Program-made: the position numbers and the translations under genes | Notes under the pieces: model-generated | Seen by the model: the letters and a program-made list of their open reading frames with translations, nothing else | Databases searched by the model: none | Told to the model about the DNA's origin: nothing | Assembly (NCBI GenBank): GCA_963805975.1 | Contig: CAWDVR010000002.1 | Span: forward strand, 256,001-320,000 | DNA: 64,000 nucleotides | DNA from: an uncultured Acidobacteriota bacterium | GTDB lineage: Bacteria; Acidobacteriota; Thermoanaerobaculia; Multivoradales; SZUA-115 | Direction of reading: 5' to 3' | In this document: positions 1 to 9,911 of the stretch, piece by piece | Position numbering within the stretch: the first letter of the stretch is position 1 | Layout: each line of letters opens with the position of its first letter

Positions 1-311
1 GCGAGCGCCGCGAGCGTCTGGCCGGCCTCGACGTCCGAGCCGTCCGGGGCCAGGAAGTCGATCACGAATCCCGGAGCCAACAGGTCGAAGGCGGCGCAAC
101 CGACGGCCAGGCCCGCCACCCGGCCGGGCTCGCGGGCGACGATCCGCGCCCGTGCCTCGAGGGCCGCTGGCACGATGGCGTCGGTGGTCATGTCCCCGGC
201 ACGGCCGAGATCCTCCACCAGCGCGCCGCGCACCAGGGGCTCCCAGAGGAGCCGCGGCGGCGGAGGCACGGAAACCACCGGCACCACTCGCAGCAGGCCC
301 GTGCCGCTCAC
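1..311 (-). CDS. nadC: nicotinate-nucleotide pyrophosphorylase (5' part, runs off window)
   Basis: Hand translation from GTG 311 (overlaps nadB stop, GTGA): ...LVRGALVEDLGRAGDMTTDAIV...IVAREPGRVAG, a typical NadC N-terminus; follows nadB. Confidence 0.9.
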   Translation of the reverse strand, partial: MSGTGLLRVVPVVSVPPPPRLLWEPLVRGALVEDLGRAGDMTTDAIVPAALEARARIVAREPGRVAGLAVGCAAFDLLAPGFVIDFLAPDGSDVEAGQTLAAL

Positions 312-1975
312 GGCGTGCTCCCGCAGGCCGCCACGGCCGAGCTCGGCGCCGGCGCCAGGAACGACGAAATGGCGGGCGCCCTGCGCGGGCCGGCCCCGGC
401 GGCGCCCTCCACCACCACCTCGCCGCTCGGCGAGAGCGTGAGCATCAGGCGGCGCTGCCAGGCCGGGTCGGCCGCCGGGAAGTCGGTCCGGTAGTGGCTC
501 CCCCGGCTCTCCTGCCGTGCCAGGGCGGCGGCGGCAATCAGGCGCCCCACGGTGAGCAGGTTGCGCGTCTCGCCATCGACCCGGAAGCTCGAGCGCGCCC
601 AGGAGTCGAGCTGCCACACGGCCTCCTCGAGGCCGGCACCGCTGCGCTCGACCCCGACCTTCGCGGTCATCAGCTCGCGGATGGCGGCGCGCAGATCGAG
701 CGAGGCCCCTGCCGGCTGTGGGGCAGGACGCGTGCCACGCACCGTCGCGGGGACGGCTGGCGGCAGATGGCAGGCGACGTCCTCCGCCGCGCGGGCGCCG
801 AAGACCTGGGCCTCGAGCAGCGAGTTGGAGGCCAGCCGGTTGGCGCCGTGGGCGCCGGTCGAGGCCACCTCGCCGCAGGCCCAGAGCCCGGGGAGGGACG
901 AGCGGCCATCGGCCTCCACCGCGATGCCTCCCATGTGGTAGTGGGCCGCGGGCGCCACCGGCAGGAGCTCGCGCCGCGGGTCGATCCCGGCGCGCCGGCA
1001 GTGCCCGAAGACGGTCGGGAAGCGGGCGGGGAACGCCTCGCCCACCGCTTCACGGGCGTCCAGAAAGACCTGCTCGCCCGCCGCCAGCCGGCGGAAGAGG
1101 GCGCGGGCCACCACGTCGCGCGGCGCGAGCTCGGCGCCGGGGTGCTCGGCGAGCATGAAGCGTCGGCCCCGGCCGTCGACGAGCACCGCGCCCTCGCCGC
1201 GCAACGCCTCGGTCAGGAGCGGCATCGGGTCCGCTCCCACGGCCAGCGCCGTGGGATGGAACTGCACCATCTCGAGATCGGCGAGGCGGGCACCGGCACG
1301 GGCCGCGAGCGCCAGGCCGTCGCCGGTCGCTTCCTTCGGGTTGGTGGTGGCGCGGAACACCTGCCCGCAGCCGCCGGTGGCGAGCACCACGGCGCGGCCG
1401 AGGTAGAGCACGGCCGCGCCGTTCGCGGCGAGCGCGAGCACGCCGGCCACGCGCCCGCCCGCGGTCACCAGCTCGCAGGCGAAGGTTTCCTCGAAGATCG
1501 CCACCCCGGGCGCCGTCCTCACCGCGGCGGTGAGGGCCCGCACGAGCTCGGCGCCGGTCGCGTCGCCGTGCGCGTGGAGGATGCGCCGACGGCTGTGCGC
1601 GGCCTCCCGGCCGAGGTCGAGCCGGCCCGCGCGATCGCGGTCGAAGGCAACTCCCAGAGCCAGGAGGTCGTCGATGCTCGCCGCACCCTCCGCGGTCAAG
1701 AGCTCGACGATCGCGGGATCGTTGAGCCCGGCCCCGGCCGCCAGCGTGTCCGCGGCATGGAGCCGCGGCGAGTCGTCCTCCCCCACCGCGGCGGCGATGC
1801 CGCCCTGGGCCCAGGCGCTCGCGCCGCCGGTCCCCAGCCGCGTCTTGGTGAGGAGCGCCACCGAGAGCCGCACGCCCGGCTGCGACGCGAGCCCCAGCGC
1901 GGCGGAGAGGCCGGCGACCCCCGCGCCGATCACCACCACGTCGCTTTCGATCACGCGGTCAGGAAAGCCCTTCAT
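308..1975 (-). CDS. nadB: L-aspartate oxidase
   Basis: [12 protein letters not shown] motif, [43 protein letters not shown]; ATG 1975 overlaps the nadA stop. Confidence 0.95.
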   Translation of the reverse strand: MKGFPDRVIESDVVVIGAGVAGLSAALGLASQPGVRLSVALLTKTRLGTGGASAWAQGGIAAAVGEDDSPRLHAADTLAAGAGLNDPAIVELLTAEGAASIDDLLALGVAFDRDRAGRLDLGREAAHSRRRILHAHGDATGAELVRALTAAVRTAPGVAIFEETFACELVTAGGRVAGVLALAANGAAVLYLGRAVVLATGGCGQVFRATTNPKEATGDGLALAARAGARLADLEMVQFHPTALAVGADPMPLLTEALRGEGAVLVDGRGRRFMLAEHPGAELAPRDVVARALFRRLAAGEQVFLDAREAVGEAFPARFPTVFGHCRRAGIDPRRELLPVAPAAHYHMGGIAVEADGRSSLPGLWACGEVASTGAHGANRLASNSLLEAQVFGARAAEDVACHLPPAVPATVRGTRPAPQPAGASLDLRAAIRELMTAKVGVERSGAGLEEAVWQLDSWARSSFRVDGETRNLLTVGRLIAAAALARQESRGSHYRTDFPAADPAWQRRLMLTLSPSGEVVVEGAAGAGPRRAPAISSFLAPAPSSAVAACGSTP

Positions 1976-3036
1976 CGGCCGGCCTCTCTTTCTCCCGGAC
2001 CGCGACCCACCGCCAGCATGCGCTCCACGGCCCGACGGGCGCGCGTCGCGACCTCGGCCGGCACCTCGACCTGGAACTGCATCGTTTCGAGCGCCGCCGC
2101 GATCTTGGGCAGGGTGATGCGCTGCATGTGCGGGCAGAGGTTGCAGGGCCGCACGAAGTCGACGTCGGGGAACTGGACGGCCACGTTGTCGCTCATCGAG
2201 CACTCGGTCACCATCACTACCCGCGCCGGCCGCCGCTCGTCCACGAAGCGGATCATGCCGGCGGTGGAGCCCACGAAGTCCGCCTCGGCCAGCACCGCCG
2301 GCGGGCACTCGGGATGGGCGAGCACCACCACACCTTCCAGGCCCCGGCGGTAGGCGCGAACGTCCCCGGCCGTGAAGCGCTCGTGGACCTCGCAGTGGCC
2401 GTGCCAGAGGACGATCTCGACCGCGGTCCGCGAGGCCACCCATCTGCCGAGGTACTCGTCCGGCAGGAAGATCACGCGCGGAACGTCGAGCGATTCCACC
2501 ACCTCGACGGCGTTGGCCGAGGTGCAGCAAATGTCGCTCTCCGCCTTCACTTCCGCCGAGGTGTTGACGTAGGTGACCACCGGCACGCCGGGGTACCGCT
2601 CGCGCAGCAGCCGCACGTCGGCACCGGTGATCGACGCGGCGAGCGAGCAGCCGGCCCGCGGGTCGGGGATCAGCACGGTCTTCTCCGGCGAGAGGATCTT
2701 GGCGGTCTCCGCCATGAAGTGAACACCCGCCAGCACGATGACCTCGGCCTCGGTCTCGGCCGCCATCCGCGCCATGGCCAGCGAGTCGCCCACCAGGTCG
2801 GCCACGCCGTGGAAGATCTCGGGCCGCTGGTAGTTGTGCGCCACGACGACCGCGTTCCTCTCGCGCTTCAGCTCCTGGATGCGGGCGATGTAGGGCGCGT
2901 GGAGCGGCCACTCGATCTCCGGGACCACCGGACGGAGGCGCTCCCACACCGGGGCGGTGGCGCGGGCAATCTCCGGGGTCATGGGCAAGCGAGCGGCAAG
3001 CGGTAGGGCTGGGCTCGTGATCGTGTGCAGGCTCAT
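1972..3036 (-). CDS. nadA: quinolinate synthase
   Basis: [39 protein letters not shown] motifs; GGAG SD before ATG 3036. Confidence 0.95.
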   Translation of the reverse strand: MSLHTITSPALPLAARLPMTPEIARATAPVWERLRPVVPEIEWPLHAPYIARIQELKRERNAVVVAHNYQRPEIFHGVADLVGDSLAMARMAAETEAEVIVLAGVHFMAETAKILSPEKTVLIPDPRAGCSLAASITGADVRLLRERYPGVPVVTYVNTSAEVKAESDICCTSANAVEVVESLDVPRVIFLPDEYLGRWVASRTAVEIVLWHGHCEVHERFTAGDVRAYRRGLEGVVVLAHPECPPAVLAEADFVGSTAGMIRFVDERRPARVVMVTECSMSDNVAVQFPDVDFVRPCNLCPHMQRITLPKIAAALETMQFQVEVPAEVATRARRAVERMLAVGRGPGEREAGR

Positions 3037-3080
3037 GGCAAGGCTCCTGGGAGAAGTTCGAGGTTCGTTCCCGACACGAC

Positions 3081-3111
3081 TTATACTAGAGATGAGTATA
3101 TTCAGTGTCAA
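3081..3111 (-). promoter_or_regulatory. sigma70 promoter of nadABC overlapped by a NadQ-type operator
   Basis: Minus strand TTGACA (3111-3106), 17 bp, TAGTAT (3088-3083); TTATACTAGAGATGAGTATAT (3081-3101) matches the NadQ consensus ttATRCTCannntGAGYATaa with 3 mismatches. Confidence 0.75.
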
Positions 3112-3234
3112 GCGTGGGCCTCCTTCGAGGTTGCCGAAGGGGTGCAGCCGGCGAAATGAGAAATACTAGCTGGGCGGCGCGAGTCTCATGACTCTGGCGT
3201 CAGCGAAGGCTCGTCCCGGACCGGAGAGTGGCCG

Positions 3235-3597
3235 ATGAAGATGAACCGTCTCATACCCATGCTGCCTGTGAAGAGCATGCCGGCGAGCGTCGAGTTCTAT
3301 CAGAAGCTCGGATTCCAGGTTGAGCAACGGAGGGACGACTGGGGTTGGGCGATGCTCAGACTAGACGAGTGTCGCCTCATGCTGGACCAATCCATCAACG
3401 TTCATTGGATGGCGCCCCGCCAATCAGTCCTCTACCTGTATCCGGAGAACATCGTGGAGTACCACCAGCAGGTGCGAATGAACGGACTGGCCGTCCCCGA
3501 TTTGGAGGTCGCTTTCTACGGCTTGACCGAGTTTCGGCTCGATGATCTTGATGGCAACCGACTGTGGATCGGGCAGAGCCCGGCGGCACCTGGTTAG
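3235..3597 (+). CDS. VOC/glyoxalase/bleomycin-resistance family protein
   Basis: LIPMLPVKSMPASVEFYQKLGF ... YGLTEFRLDDLDGNRLWIGQ; GGAG SD. Confidence 0.8.
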   Translation: MKMNRLIPMLPVKSMPASVEFYQKLGFQVEQRRDDWGWAMLRLDECRLMLDQSINVHWMAPRQSVLYLYPENIVEYHQQVRMNGLAVPDLEVAFYGLTEFRLDDLDGNRLWIGQSPAAPG

Positions 3598-3662
3598 CGA
3601 TCAGCGGGTCGCTGTTCAGCGCCGCGCGTCGGGCAACTGCTCGTCCAGGGACTGGCCGGCGG

Positions 3663-3934
3663 TCAGGGCCTCTGCGGCAGGCCCTGACGGAAGTACACCA
3701 CTCTTTCCGTCTCCTCGAAGCCCAGCGCCTTGTGAACCGTCTGGCTCAGCTCGTTCTCCAGCAGGACATCGGACGCGAGCTCCGAGAGGCCCCGGAGCGC
3801 TCCGGCGCCGCGACGAAGTCCGCCATCTGCGCATCGTGCTCGGCGCCGGTGCAGTCCGGCCAGAGCGCCTGGCGCAGTCGCAGCCAGTCGGCGTCGGGGA
3901 CGGTGCGGAGAGGCCGGATCGTAACGCCCGGCAT
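3663..3934 (-). pseudogene. aminoglycoside 6'-N-acetyltransferase-like GNAT, internally deleted
   Basis: N-terminus (WLRLRQALWPD...EHDAQM) joined out of frame near 3790 to the C-terminus (GLSELASDVLLENELSQTVHKALGFEETERVVYFR); the central acetyl-CoA-binding part is missing. Confidence 0.7.
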
Positions 3935-3940
3935 GGCGCC

Positions 3941-4582
3941 CTAACTCCTGACGAACTTGAGGTGCACCACTCCAGGGGCGGCCACCGTCCGCACCAGCTC
4001 CAGCCCATGGAGATCGTCCACCCCCTCGAGCAGGCGCTCGCCGCCGCCGAGGAGCACCGGCACGAGGTGGATCTCCATCTCGTCCACCAGGCCGGCCTCG
4101 AGGTACTGCTGCGCGGCCCTGGCTCCGCCGGCGAGCGACACGTCCCGGCCGCCAGCGGCCCGCCGCGCCTGCTCGAGCGCCGCCTCGATGCCGTCGGTCA
4201 CGAAGTAGAACGTCGTCCCGCCGTCGAGCGCCAGCGGCTCGCGGGCATGGTGGGTGAGCACGAACACCGGATGATGAAAGGGCGGGTTGTCACCCCACCA
4301 GCCGTTCCACGGCTTCTCGCCATCCCACGGGCCGGGGTGGCCGCCGAACATATTGCGGCCCATCACCGTGGCGCCAATGTGGGCCACCGACTCTTCGACC
4401 ACTTGCGAGCTGGCGTTGACCTCGCCACCCGGAAGGCCATGCACCTCCCGCCAGGCCGTGAGCGGGACCACCCACTCGTGGAGCTGCATGCCGCCCTCTC
4501 CCAGCGGGTTGCTCACGCTCTGGTTGGGGCCGGCGACGAATCCGTCGAGTGACATCGAGATCTTGAGGCGCAATTTGGACAT
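3941..4582 (-). CDS. dihydrofolate reductase/RibD C-terminal family protein
   Basis: ISMSLDGFVAGP, VMGRNMF, GGARAAQQYLEAGLVDE, PVLLGGGERL. Confidence 0.85.
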   Translation of the reverse strand: MSKLRLKISMSLDGFVAGPNQSVSNPLGEGGMQLHEWVVPLTAWREVHGLPGGEVNASSQVVEESVAHIGATVMGRNMFGGHPGPWDGEKPWNGWWGDNPPFHHPVFVLTHHAREPLALDGGTTFYFVTDGIEAALEQARRAAGGRDVSLAGGARAAQQYLEAGLVDEMEIHLVPVLLGGGERLLEGVDDLHGLELVRTVAAPGVVHLKFVRS

Positions 4583-4591
4583 GGCTGGATT

Positions 4592-5236
4592 CTAAGGCCG
4601 AGTCGACGGCGAAGGTCCCGCACTCTTTGCCTCGCCTCCACTTGCCGCCGTACTCGAAACATCCTCTCCTCCGAGCACCGGCGAGTAGCACAGCAGCACG
4701 TTCCCGTTGCCGAAGGCCCGCGTGCTGGCCAGCTTCATGGGTAGCTGCTTCCCGACGCCCTCGAACAGCGTCCGCCCTTTGCCGAGCACGATGGGGTTCA
4801 CCACGAGCTGGAGCTCGTCGATCAGCCCCGCCTCGGCGAGCTGCGAGACGATGCTGCCGCTGCCCAGGATCGCCATGTCCTCGCCGGGCTCGCTCTTCAG
4901 TCTGCGCATCTCGGTCGCCGGGTCGCCGTGCAGCAGCGTCGTGTTGCTCCACGACGCCTCCGAGAGCGTGCGCGAGAAAACCACCTTCGGCATGCGGTTC
5001 ATGTGCTCGGCCACGGCAGGATCGTTCTGGCTCGCCATCGGCGTCGGCCAATAGCTGGCCATGAGCTCGTAGGTCACCCTGCCGAAGACGAGCACACCAC
5101 CGGCCTTCGCGTTGCCCGCGACGAACTCCTTCCACTCCTCGTCCTGCGGGGCCTTGTGGGCCCAGCCGATATCGCCGTCCAGGCTGGTGAAGAAACCGTC
5201 CAGCGTCACTTGGTTGAACATCGTCAGCTTCCGCAT
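4592..5236 (-). CDS. dihydrofolate reductase/RibD C-terminal family protein
   Basis: MRKLTMFNQVTLDGFF, FGRVTYELMASYWP, LGSGSIVSQLAEAGLIDE; GGAGG SD. Confidence 0.85.
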   Translation of the reverse strand: MRKLTMFNQVTLDGFFTSLDGDIGWAHKAPQDEEWKEFVAGNAKAGGVLVFGRVTYELMASYWPTPMASQNDPAVAEHMNRMPKVVFSRTLSEASWSNTTLLHGDPATEMRRLKSEPGEDMAILGSGSIVSQLAEAGLIDELQLVVNPIVLGKGRTLFEGVGKQLPMKLASTRAFGNGNVLLCYSPVLGGEDVSSTAASGGEAKSAGPSPSTRP

Positions 5237-5391
5237 GGCGCCTCCTCGTAGCTGGGGTGCCCAGGATCAGCCGCAAGGATCTCTGCGCTAACCCTGCGCC
5301 CCAATGGAAAGCCGGCTGGGCACCTTCTGCCACGATGGCCGGCCGTGGATTGTCGGGTATATTTCCTAGCCATCGTCATGGGGAGAGCGTC

Positions 5392-5754
5392 GTGAAGCCG
5401 AGAAAAGTGCTCGTGGTCGATGACTCGAAGATGATGCGCAAGATGTACGAGGTGATGATGCGCCAGTATCCACTGGTCTATGCCAAGGATGGCCGAGAGG
5501 CCCTGGAACACCTGGGGCAGCACAGGGATATCGAGCTCGTCCTGCTGGACCTCAACAACCCCAACATGAGCGCGCTCGATTTTCTAAGAGAGCTCGGAGC
5601 GAACCAAGAATGGGGGCGCCTTGCGGTGATCCTCGTCGGCACCACGGGTTGGGATGCGGACATCGCTCGCGGCCTGGAACTGGGAGCCCGCGCCGCCATC
5701 CTGAAGCCCTTCCAAACTGAAGAGCTCCTCGACAAGATCGACAAGCTCGATTGA
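5392..5754 (+). CDS. single-domain CheY-like response regulator
   Basis: VLVVDDS, LVLLD phosphoacceptor, ILKPF; GTG start after GGAG. Confidence 0.8.
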   Translation: MKPRKVLVVDDSKMMRKMYEVMMRQYPLVYAKDGREALEHLGQHRDIELVLLDLNNPNMSALDFLRELGANQEWGRLAVILVGTTGWDADIARGLELGARAAILKPFQTEELLDKIDKLD

Positions 5755-5806
5755 GCACGGCACTCCCGTGCACCGAGGCAACTCACTGCAGAGGCCGCCG
5801 GCGCCA

Positions 5807-6829
5807 CTACCCCCGCCGCCCCGGCAGCCCCACGCCCGGTGCCGGGCGCTCGCGCAGTACCTCGCGGCGGAAGCGGAACAGCTCCGCGGGGCGACCGCCG
5901 GTCCTCGCTTCGATGCGGCCGGTGCGCTCCACCAGGCCGCCCTTCTCCACCAGGCGGCGGAAGTTCGCCTTGTGGAGCGGCAGGCCCGCCAGGGCCTCGA
6001 CCAGGCGCTGGAGCTGGAACAGCGTGAAGGTCGGCGGCAGAAGCTCGAAGACCACCGGCCGGTAGCGAAGTTTTCCCCGCAGCCGCCCGAGGGCGGTGGC
6101 GAGGATGCGCCGGTGGTCGAAGGCCATGGCGAGGCCGAGCGCAGCCGGGGCGCCGGCTCCAGGCTCGCCGCGCAGCCGGCGGTCGCGCTCCGCTTCCTCC
6201 ACCAGGCCGGCCTCGTACAGCAGCTCGTAGCGTTCGAGCACCCTCTCGCCGTCCCACGGTGCGCCGTTCAGGCCGAAGGTGATGTCCGCGCGCTCGCGGC
6301 GGGTCCGGCGCGCCGCGCGGTCGGCCTTCACCCAGGCGTCGAGCGCCGGCTCGATGGCGCCGGCGAGCACCGCCGGCCGGCCCGGGCGCCAGTCCTCCCA
6401 AGGGAAGAAGCGGTACCAGTCCAGCCAGCGGGCGGAGCTCGCCGCGGAGGGTTGCGGCTCCGACGGCTTCTCCTCCCGCACCAGCGCGAGGTAGGCGACC
6501 GACACCACCCGTCGCCCGCGCGAGCGCTCGCGCGGCTCGCGGTCGAGGTCGCCGAAGCTGTAGAGCTGCTCCACGTAGCCGAGGCCGAGCCCCGCCTGCT
6601 CGCGTACCCAGCGCCGCAGGGCCTGCTCGAGCGTGGTGTCGGAGAGAGGATCGAGCAGGCCGTACGGCAGGGCGGGGGCCGCTTCCGCACCGTCGCCCAC
6701 CGGCGCCCCCACGGCGAGGATGCGCGGCACCTCGCGGGTGACCGCCACGGTCACCGCGTCCAGCCTCAGGAGGACCGACGGCGCGCCCGCCGCGTCGTTT
6801 CCCACCCGCCGCGGCACGGCCCGGCTCAC
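5807..6829 (-). CDS. nadQ: NadQ/NrtR-family NAD regulator (Nudix-like + wHTH)
   Basis: TLEQALRRWVREQAGLGLGYVEQLYSFGD, ERVLERYELLYEAGLV, DHRRILATALGRLRGKLRYRPVVFEL, LHKANFRR, TGGRPAELFRF; near nadABC; GTG overlaps the rtcB stop. Confidence 0.85.
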   Translation of the reverse strand: MSRAVPRRVGNDAAGAPSVLLRLDAVTVAVTREVPRILAVGAPVGDGAEAAPALPYGLLDPLSDTTLEQALRRWVREQAGLGLGYVEQLYSFGDLDREPRERSRGRRVVSVAYLALVREEKPSEPQPSAASSARWLDWYRFFPWEDWRPGRPAVLAGAIEPALDAWVKADRAARRTRRERADITFGLNGAPWDGERVLERYELLYEAGLVEEAERDRRLRGEPGAGAPAALGLAMAFDHRRILATALGRLRGKLRYRPVVFELLPPTFTLFQLQRLVEALAGLPLHKANFRRLVEKGGLVERTGRIEARTGGRPAELFRFRREVLRERPAPGVGLPGRRG

Positions 6830-8265
6830 CCCTTGACCACCCCCAGGGGCCTGAGGCGTGCCACCCGGCTGCCGATGCCGGCGCGGTGCACCACTTCCAC
6901 CACGTCCGCCACGTCCTTGTAGGCCTCGGGCATCTCCTCGGCCACGGTGGCCATGCCGGCGGCCATCACCACCACACCGCGCTCCTCGAGCTCGGAGAGG
7001 AGCTGGCGCCCGCGCGACTCCTTCTTGGCCTGGTGGCGGCTCAGGCGGCGGCCGGCGCCGTGGCAGCTCGAGCCGAAGGTATCCTGGAAGGCCCGCTCCG
7101 TGCCCTTGAGCACGAAGGAGTAGCGGCCCATGTCGCCGGGGATCAGCACCGGTTGGCCCACCGCGCGGTAGGCCGCCGGCGTGCCGGGGTGGTTGGGAGG
7201 ATAGGCGCGGGTCGCGCCCTTGCGGTGGACGCAGACCTTCCGCGCCTTGCCGTCGATCTCGAAGGTCTCGAACTTGGCGATGTTGTGGCACACGTCGTAC
7301 ACCACCTCCATCGCCAGCCGGTCGACGGGGAGGCCCAGCGCCGCGGCGAAGCTCTCGCGCGCCCAGTGGCACATCACCTGGCGGTTGGCGAAGGCGAAGT
7401 TGGCGGCTGCCGCCATCCCTGAGAGGTAGGCCGCGCCTTCCGGCGAGCGGATGGGAGCGCAGGCGAGCTGCCGGTCCGGCAGGCGGATGCCGTACTTGGC
7501 GACCGCCTTGTCCATCACCTTCAAGTGGTCGGTGCACACCTGGTGGCCGAGACCGCGCGAGCCGCTGTGGATCATCACCGTCACCTGGCCGGCGAACAAG
7601 CCGAAGGCGCGGGCGGCCGGCTCGTCGTAGACCTCGTCGACGTACTGGATCTCCGCAAAGTGATTGCCCGAGCCCAGGCTCCCGAGCTGGCCCTTGCCAC
7701 GCTCGAAGGCGCGGTCGGACACCAGGTCGGCATCCGCTCCCGGCAGGGCGCCGCGCTCCTCCAGGTGCTCGAGATCGCGCTCGAAGCCGAGGCCCTGCGC
7801 CACCGCCCAGCCGGCGCCCTGCTCGAGAACGCCTTGCAGATCACGCTTGGTGAGCTTGAGATCGCGGCGGCCAACACCGACGCCGGTCGGGATGCTCTTG
7901 AAAAGCGTGGTCACCACCTCGCGCAGGCGGGGCACCACCTCGTCGCGCGTCAGGCCGGAGCGCAGCAGCCGCACGCCGCAGTTGATGTCGTAGCCCACCC
8001 CGCCGGGCGAGACCACGCCGTCCACCGCGTCCATCCCCGCCACGCCGCCGATCGGGAAGCCGTAGCCCCAGTGGATGTCCGGCATGGCGAGCGACGCCTC
8101 GAGGATGCCCGGGAGATGGGCCACGTTGGCCACCTGCGTGAGGCACGGGTCCTGCCTCAGGTCTCGGGCGAGCTTCTCGGTGGCATACACGATCCCATCC
8201 ACCCGCATGCCGCCGGTGCGGGGTATCCGGAAGCGCGTCTCGTCGATCTGGATCAGCTCGGGCAT
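6826..8265 (-). CDS. rtcB: RtcB RNA 3'-phosphate/5'-OH ligase
   Basis: MPDIHWGYGFPIGG, GYDINCG, GSGNHF, HSGSRG, HRKGAT, IPGDMG, HGAGR, AYKD. Confidence 0.95.
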   Translation of the reverse strand: MPELIQIDETRFRIPRTGGMRVDGIVYATEKLARDLRQDPCLTQVANVAHLPGILEASLAMPDIHWGYGFPIGGVAGMDAVDGVVSPGGVGYDINCGVRLLRSGLTRDEVVPRLREVVTTLFKSIPTGVGVGRRDLKLTKRDLQGVLEQGAGWAVAQGLGFERDLEHLEERGALPGADADLVSDRAFERGKGQLGSLGSGNHFAEIQYVDEVYDEPAARAFGLFAGQVTVMIHSGSRGLGHQVCTDHLKVMDKAVAKYGIRLPDRQLACAPIRSPEGAAYLSGMAAAANFAFANRQVMCHWARESFAAALGLPVDRLAMEVVYDVCHNIAKFETFEIDGKARKVCVHRKGATRAYPPNHPGTPAAYRAVGQPVLIPGDMGRYSFVLKGTERAFQDTFGSSCHGAGRRLSRHQAKKESRGRQLLSELEERGVVVMAAGMATVAEEMPEAYKDVADVVEVVHRAGIGSRVARLRPLGVVKG

Positions 8266-8268
8266 CGG

Positions 8269-8308
8269 AGAATCTCCGCGCCGGGCGTGTGCCCGGCGCG
8301 GAGATTCT
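8269..8308 (-). promoter_or_regulatory. perfect 18-bp hairpin covering the rtcB ribosome-binding site
   Basis: AGAATCTCCGCGCCGGGC-GTGT-GCCCGGCGCGGAGATTCT, ending 3 nt before the ATG. Confidence 0.6.
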
Positions 8309-8327
8309 AGCCTGCCGTCGGAAGCCG

Positions 8328-9065
8328 CTACGCCACTCGGCGGATCTTCACCGCCTGCCGCGCGCCGCCGAGCAGCAGGGCCAGGCTCAGGATCACGAGG
8401 GTGACGAGGAAGATCACGTAGGCCAGGATCTCGGGGGAAAGGCCCGCGGTCTGCGCCACGAGCGAGGAGTCGTGGCGCATGATGGCCGCCTTCATTCCGG
8501 TGTAGTGCATGCCGCAGACGGCGAGGCCCATGACCACGGCACTGGCGGTCATCTGCCAGGGGCGGGTGGCGTGGAAAACCAGCCACAGGGCGGCGATCGA
8601 GGCCACCACGGCGATCACCACGGAGACGAGGAGGATGGTGCGGTCGTAGCTCAGGCTCGCCTGCATGCGCATCGCCGCCATGCCGGTGTAGTGCATGGCG
8701 GCCACGCCGAGCCCCATGGCGGTACCGCCTCCCACCAGCCGCAGCGGCTCGCGCGGGCCCTTGCCCACCACGTAGATGCCGAAGCCGGTCACCGCCACCG
8801 CCGCCAGCAGGGAGGCAAGCGTGATGGGAATGTCGTAGTGCACGGGCATCCCCATGTCGAAAGCCAGCATGCCGATGAAGTGCATGGACCAGATGGCGCC
8901 GGCACCCATGGCGAGAGCGCCGGCGACGAGCGCGCGCCACTTGTCCGCACCCACGGCGCCGGCGTGCTGGCGGCAGAGCTTGAGCGCGGTCAGGGAGCCC
9001 AGGACCGAGATCACGTACGACAGCGAGACCAGAAACAAATTGTACTGGTGGGGCATCGGCTCCAT
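8328..9065 (-). CDS. stand-alone MHYT integral membrane sensor domain protein
   Basis: IWSMHFIGMLA, AAMHYTGMAA, GMHYTGM repeats; hydrophobic; no output domain. Confidence 0.9.
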   Translation of the reverse strand: MEPMPHQYNLFLVSLSYVISVLGSLTALKLCRQHAGAVGADKWRALVAGALAMGAGAIWSMHFIGMLAFDMGMPVHYDIPITLASLLAAVAVTGFGIYVVGKGPREPLRLVGGGTAMGLGVAAMHYTGMAAMRMQASLSYDRTILLVSVVIAVVASIAALWLVFHATRPWQMTASAVVMGLAVCGMHYTGMKAAIMRHDSSLVAQTAGLSPEILAYVIFLVTLVILSLALLLGGARQAVKIRRVA

Positions 9066-9075
9066 GGCTCCTCCG

Positions 9076-9549
9076 CTAGTTGAGCGCCTCGCGCTCGGCT
9101 TGGGCCTTCTCGAGACAAATGATCAGATAGCTGCGGTAGCCGCGCCAGTTGATGGGGATGACGAAGCTCTTGAGATGGCGTGGGAAGGAGATCTTCTCGG
9201 GGCGGCCCGAGAGCACGATGGGCACCGAGATCAGGAACTCGCTGCCGAAGAACTGGCGGGCGTTGCCGGCGATGGTGTTGGCGATCTCGCCGACCAGATC
9301 CTCCAGGTTCTCGTAGGAGAGGTCCGGCTCGCCCAACCGGCGCAGGAGCTCTCCCAACTGGTCGGCGCCGGAGGTGAAATAGACCGCGCCGCGGTGCCGG
9401 CCGGAGATGCCGATGACGCCGGTGAAGTCGAGGGTGGCCGAGTCCTCGCCCTTGAGATAGGGCGTGTCGACCTCCGCCGGTTCGCTGCCCACGCGCTCGA
9501 AGTAGCGCACGGCGCCGTCGATGAAGACCTTGATCTCCTCGTCGGTCAT
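9076..9549 (-). CDS. cheX: CheX-family phosphatase
   Basis: TGVIGISG, DLVGEIANTIAGNA (E-x-x-N), ISVPIV. Confidence 0.85.
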   Translation of the reverse strand: MTDEEIKVFIDGAVRYFERVGSEPAEVDTPYLKGEDSATLDFTGVIGISGRHRGAVYFTSGADQLGELLRRLGEPDLSYENLEDLVGEIANTIAGNARQFFGSEFLISVPIVLSGRPEKISFPRHLKSFVIPINWRGYRSYLIICLEKAQAEREALN

Positions 9550-9911
9550 GCGGACCCGCCCAGGAGGTTGTTCAGGGCGGCATTCAGGTCGCCGGCCGAG
9601 AACGGCTTGAACACGTACTCGTTGGCGCCCCGTTCCACCGCCTCGATGGCGGTGGCCGCATCGCCGAGCGCCGAGATCACCATCAGGTGGGTGTCGGGCT
9701 TGATGGCCATCATGCGCGAGATGCAGGTCAGCCCGTCCATCTCCGGCATGGTGATGTCCATGGTCACGAACTCCGGGCGATAGTGCTCGAAGAGCTCCAG
9801 CGCCTGGTGGCCGTTGGCGGCCTGGTAGATCTCCCGGATGCGCTCGGAGTGGATGTGCCGCTCGATGGTGCGGCGCACGATGCTCGAGTCGTCGACGATG
9901 AGGAGCTTCAC
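9546..9911 (-). CDS. CheY-like response regulator
   Basis: LLIVDDS, VTMDITMPEMDG, ISA, KPF. Confidence 0.9.
   Translation of the reverse strand: MKLLIVDDSSIVRRTIERHIHSERIREIYQAANGHQALELFEHYRPEFVTMDITMPEMDGLTCISRMMAIKPDTHLMVISALGDAATAIEAVERGANEYVFKPFSAGDLNAALNNLLGGSA

Noticed and set aside
3112-5800. Integron cassette array (small resistance-like genes)
   Set aside because: Genes are in mixed orientations; no convincing attC sites or integrase.
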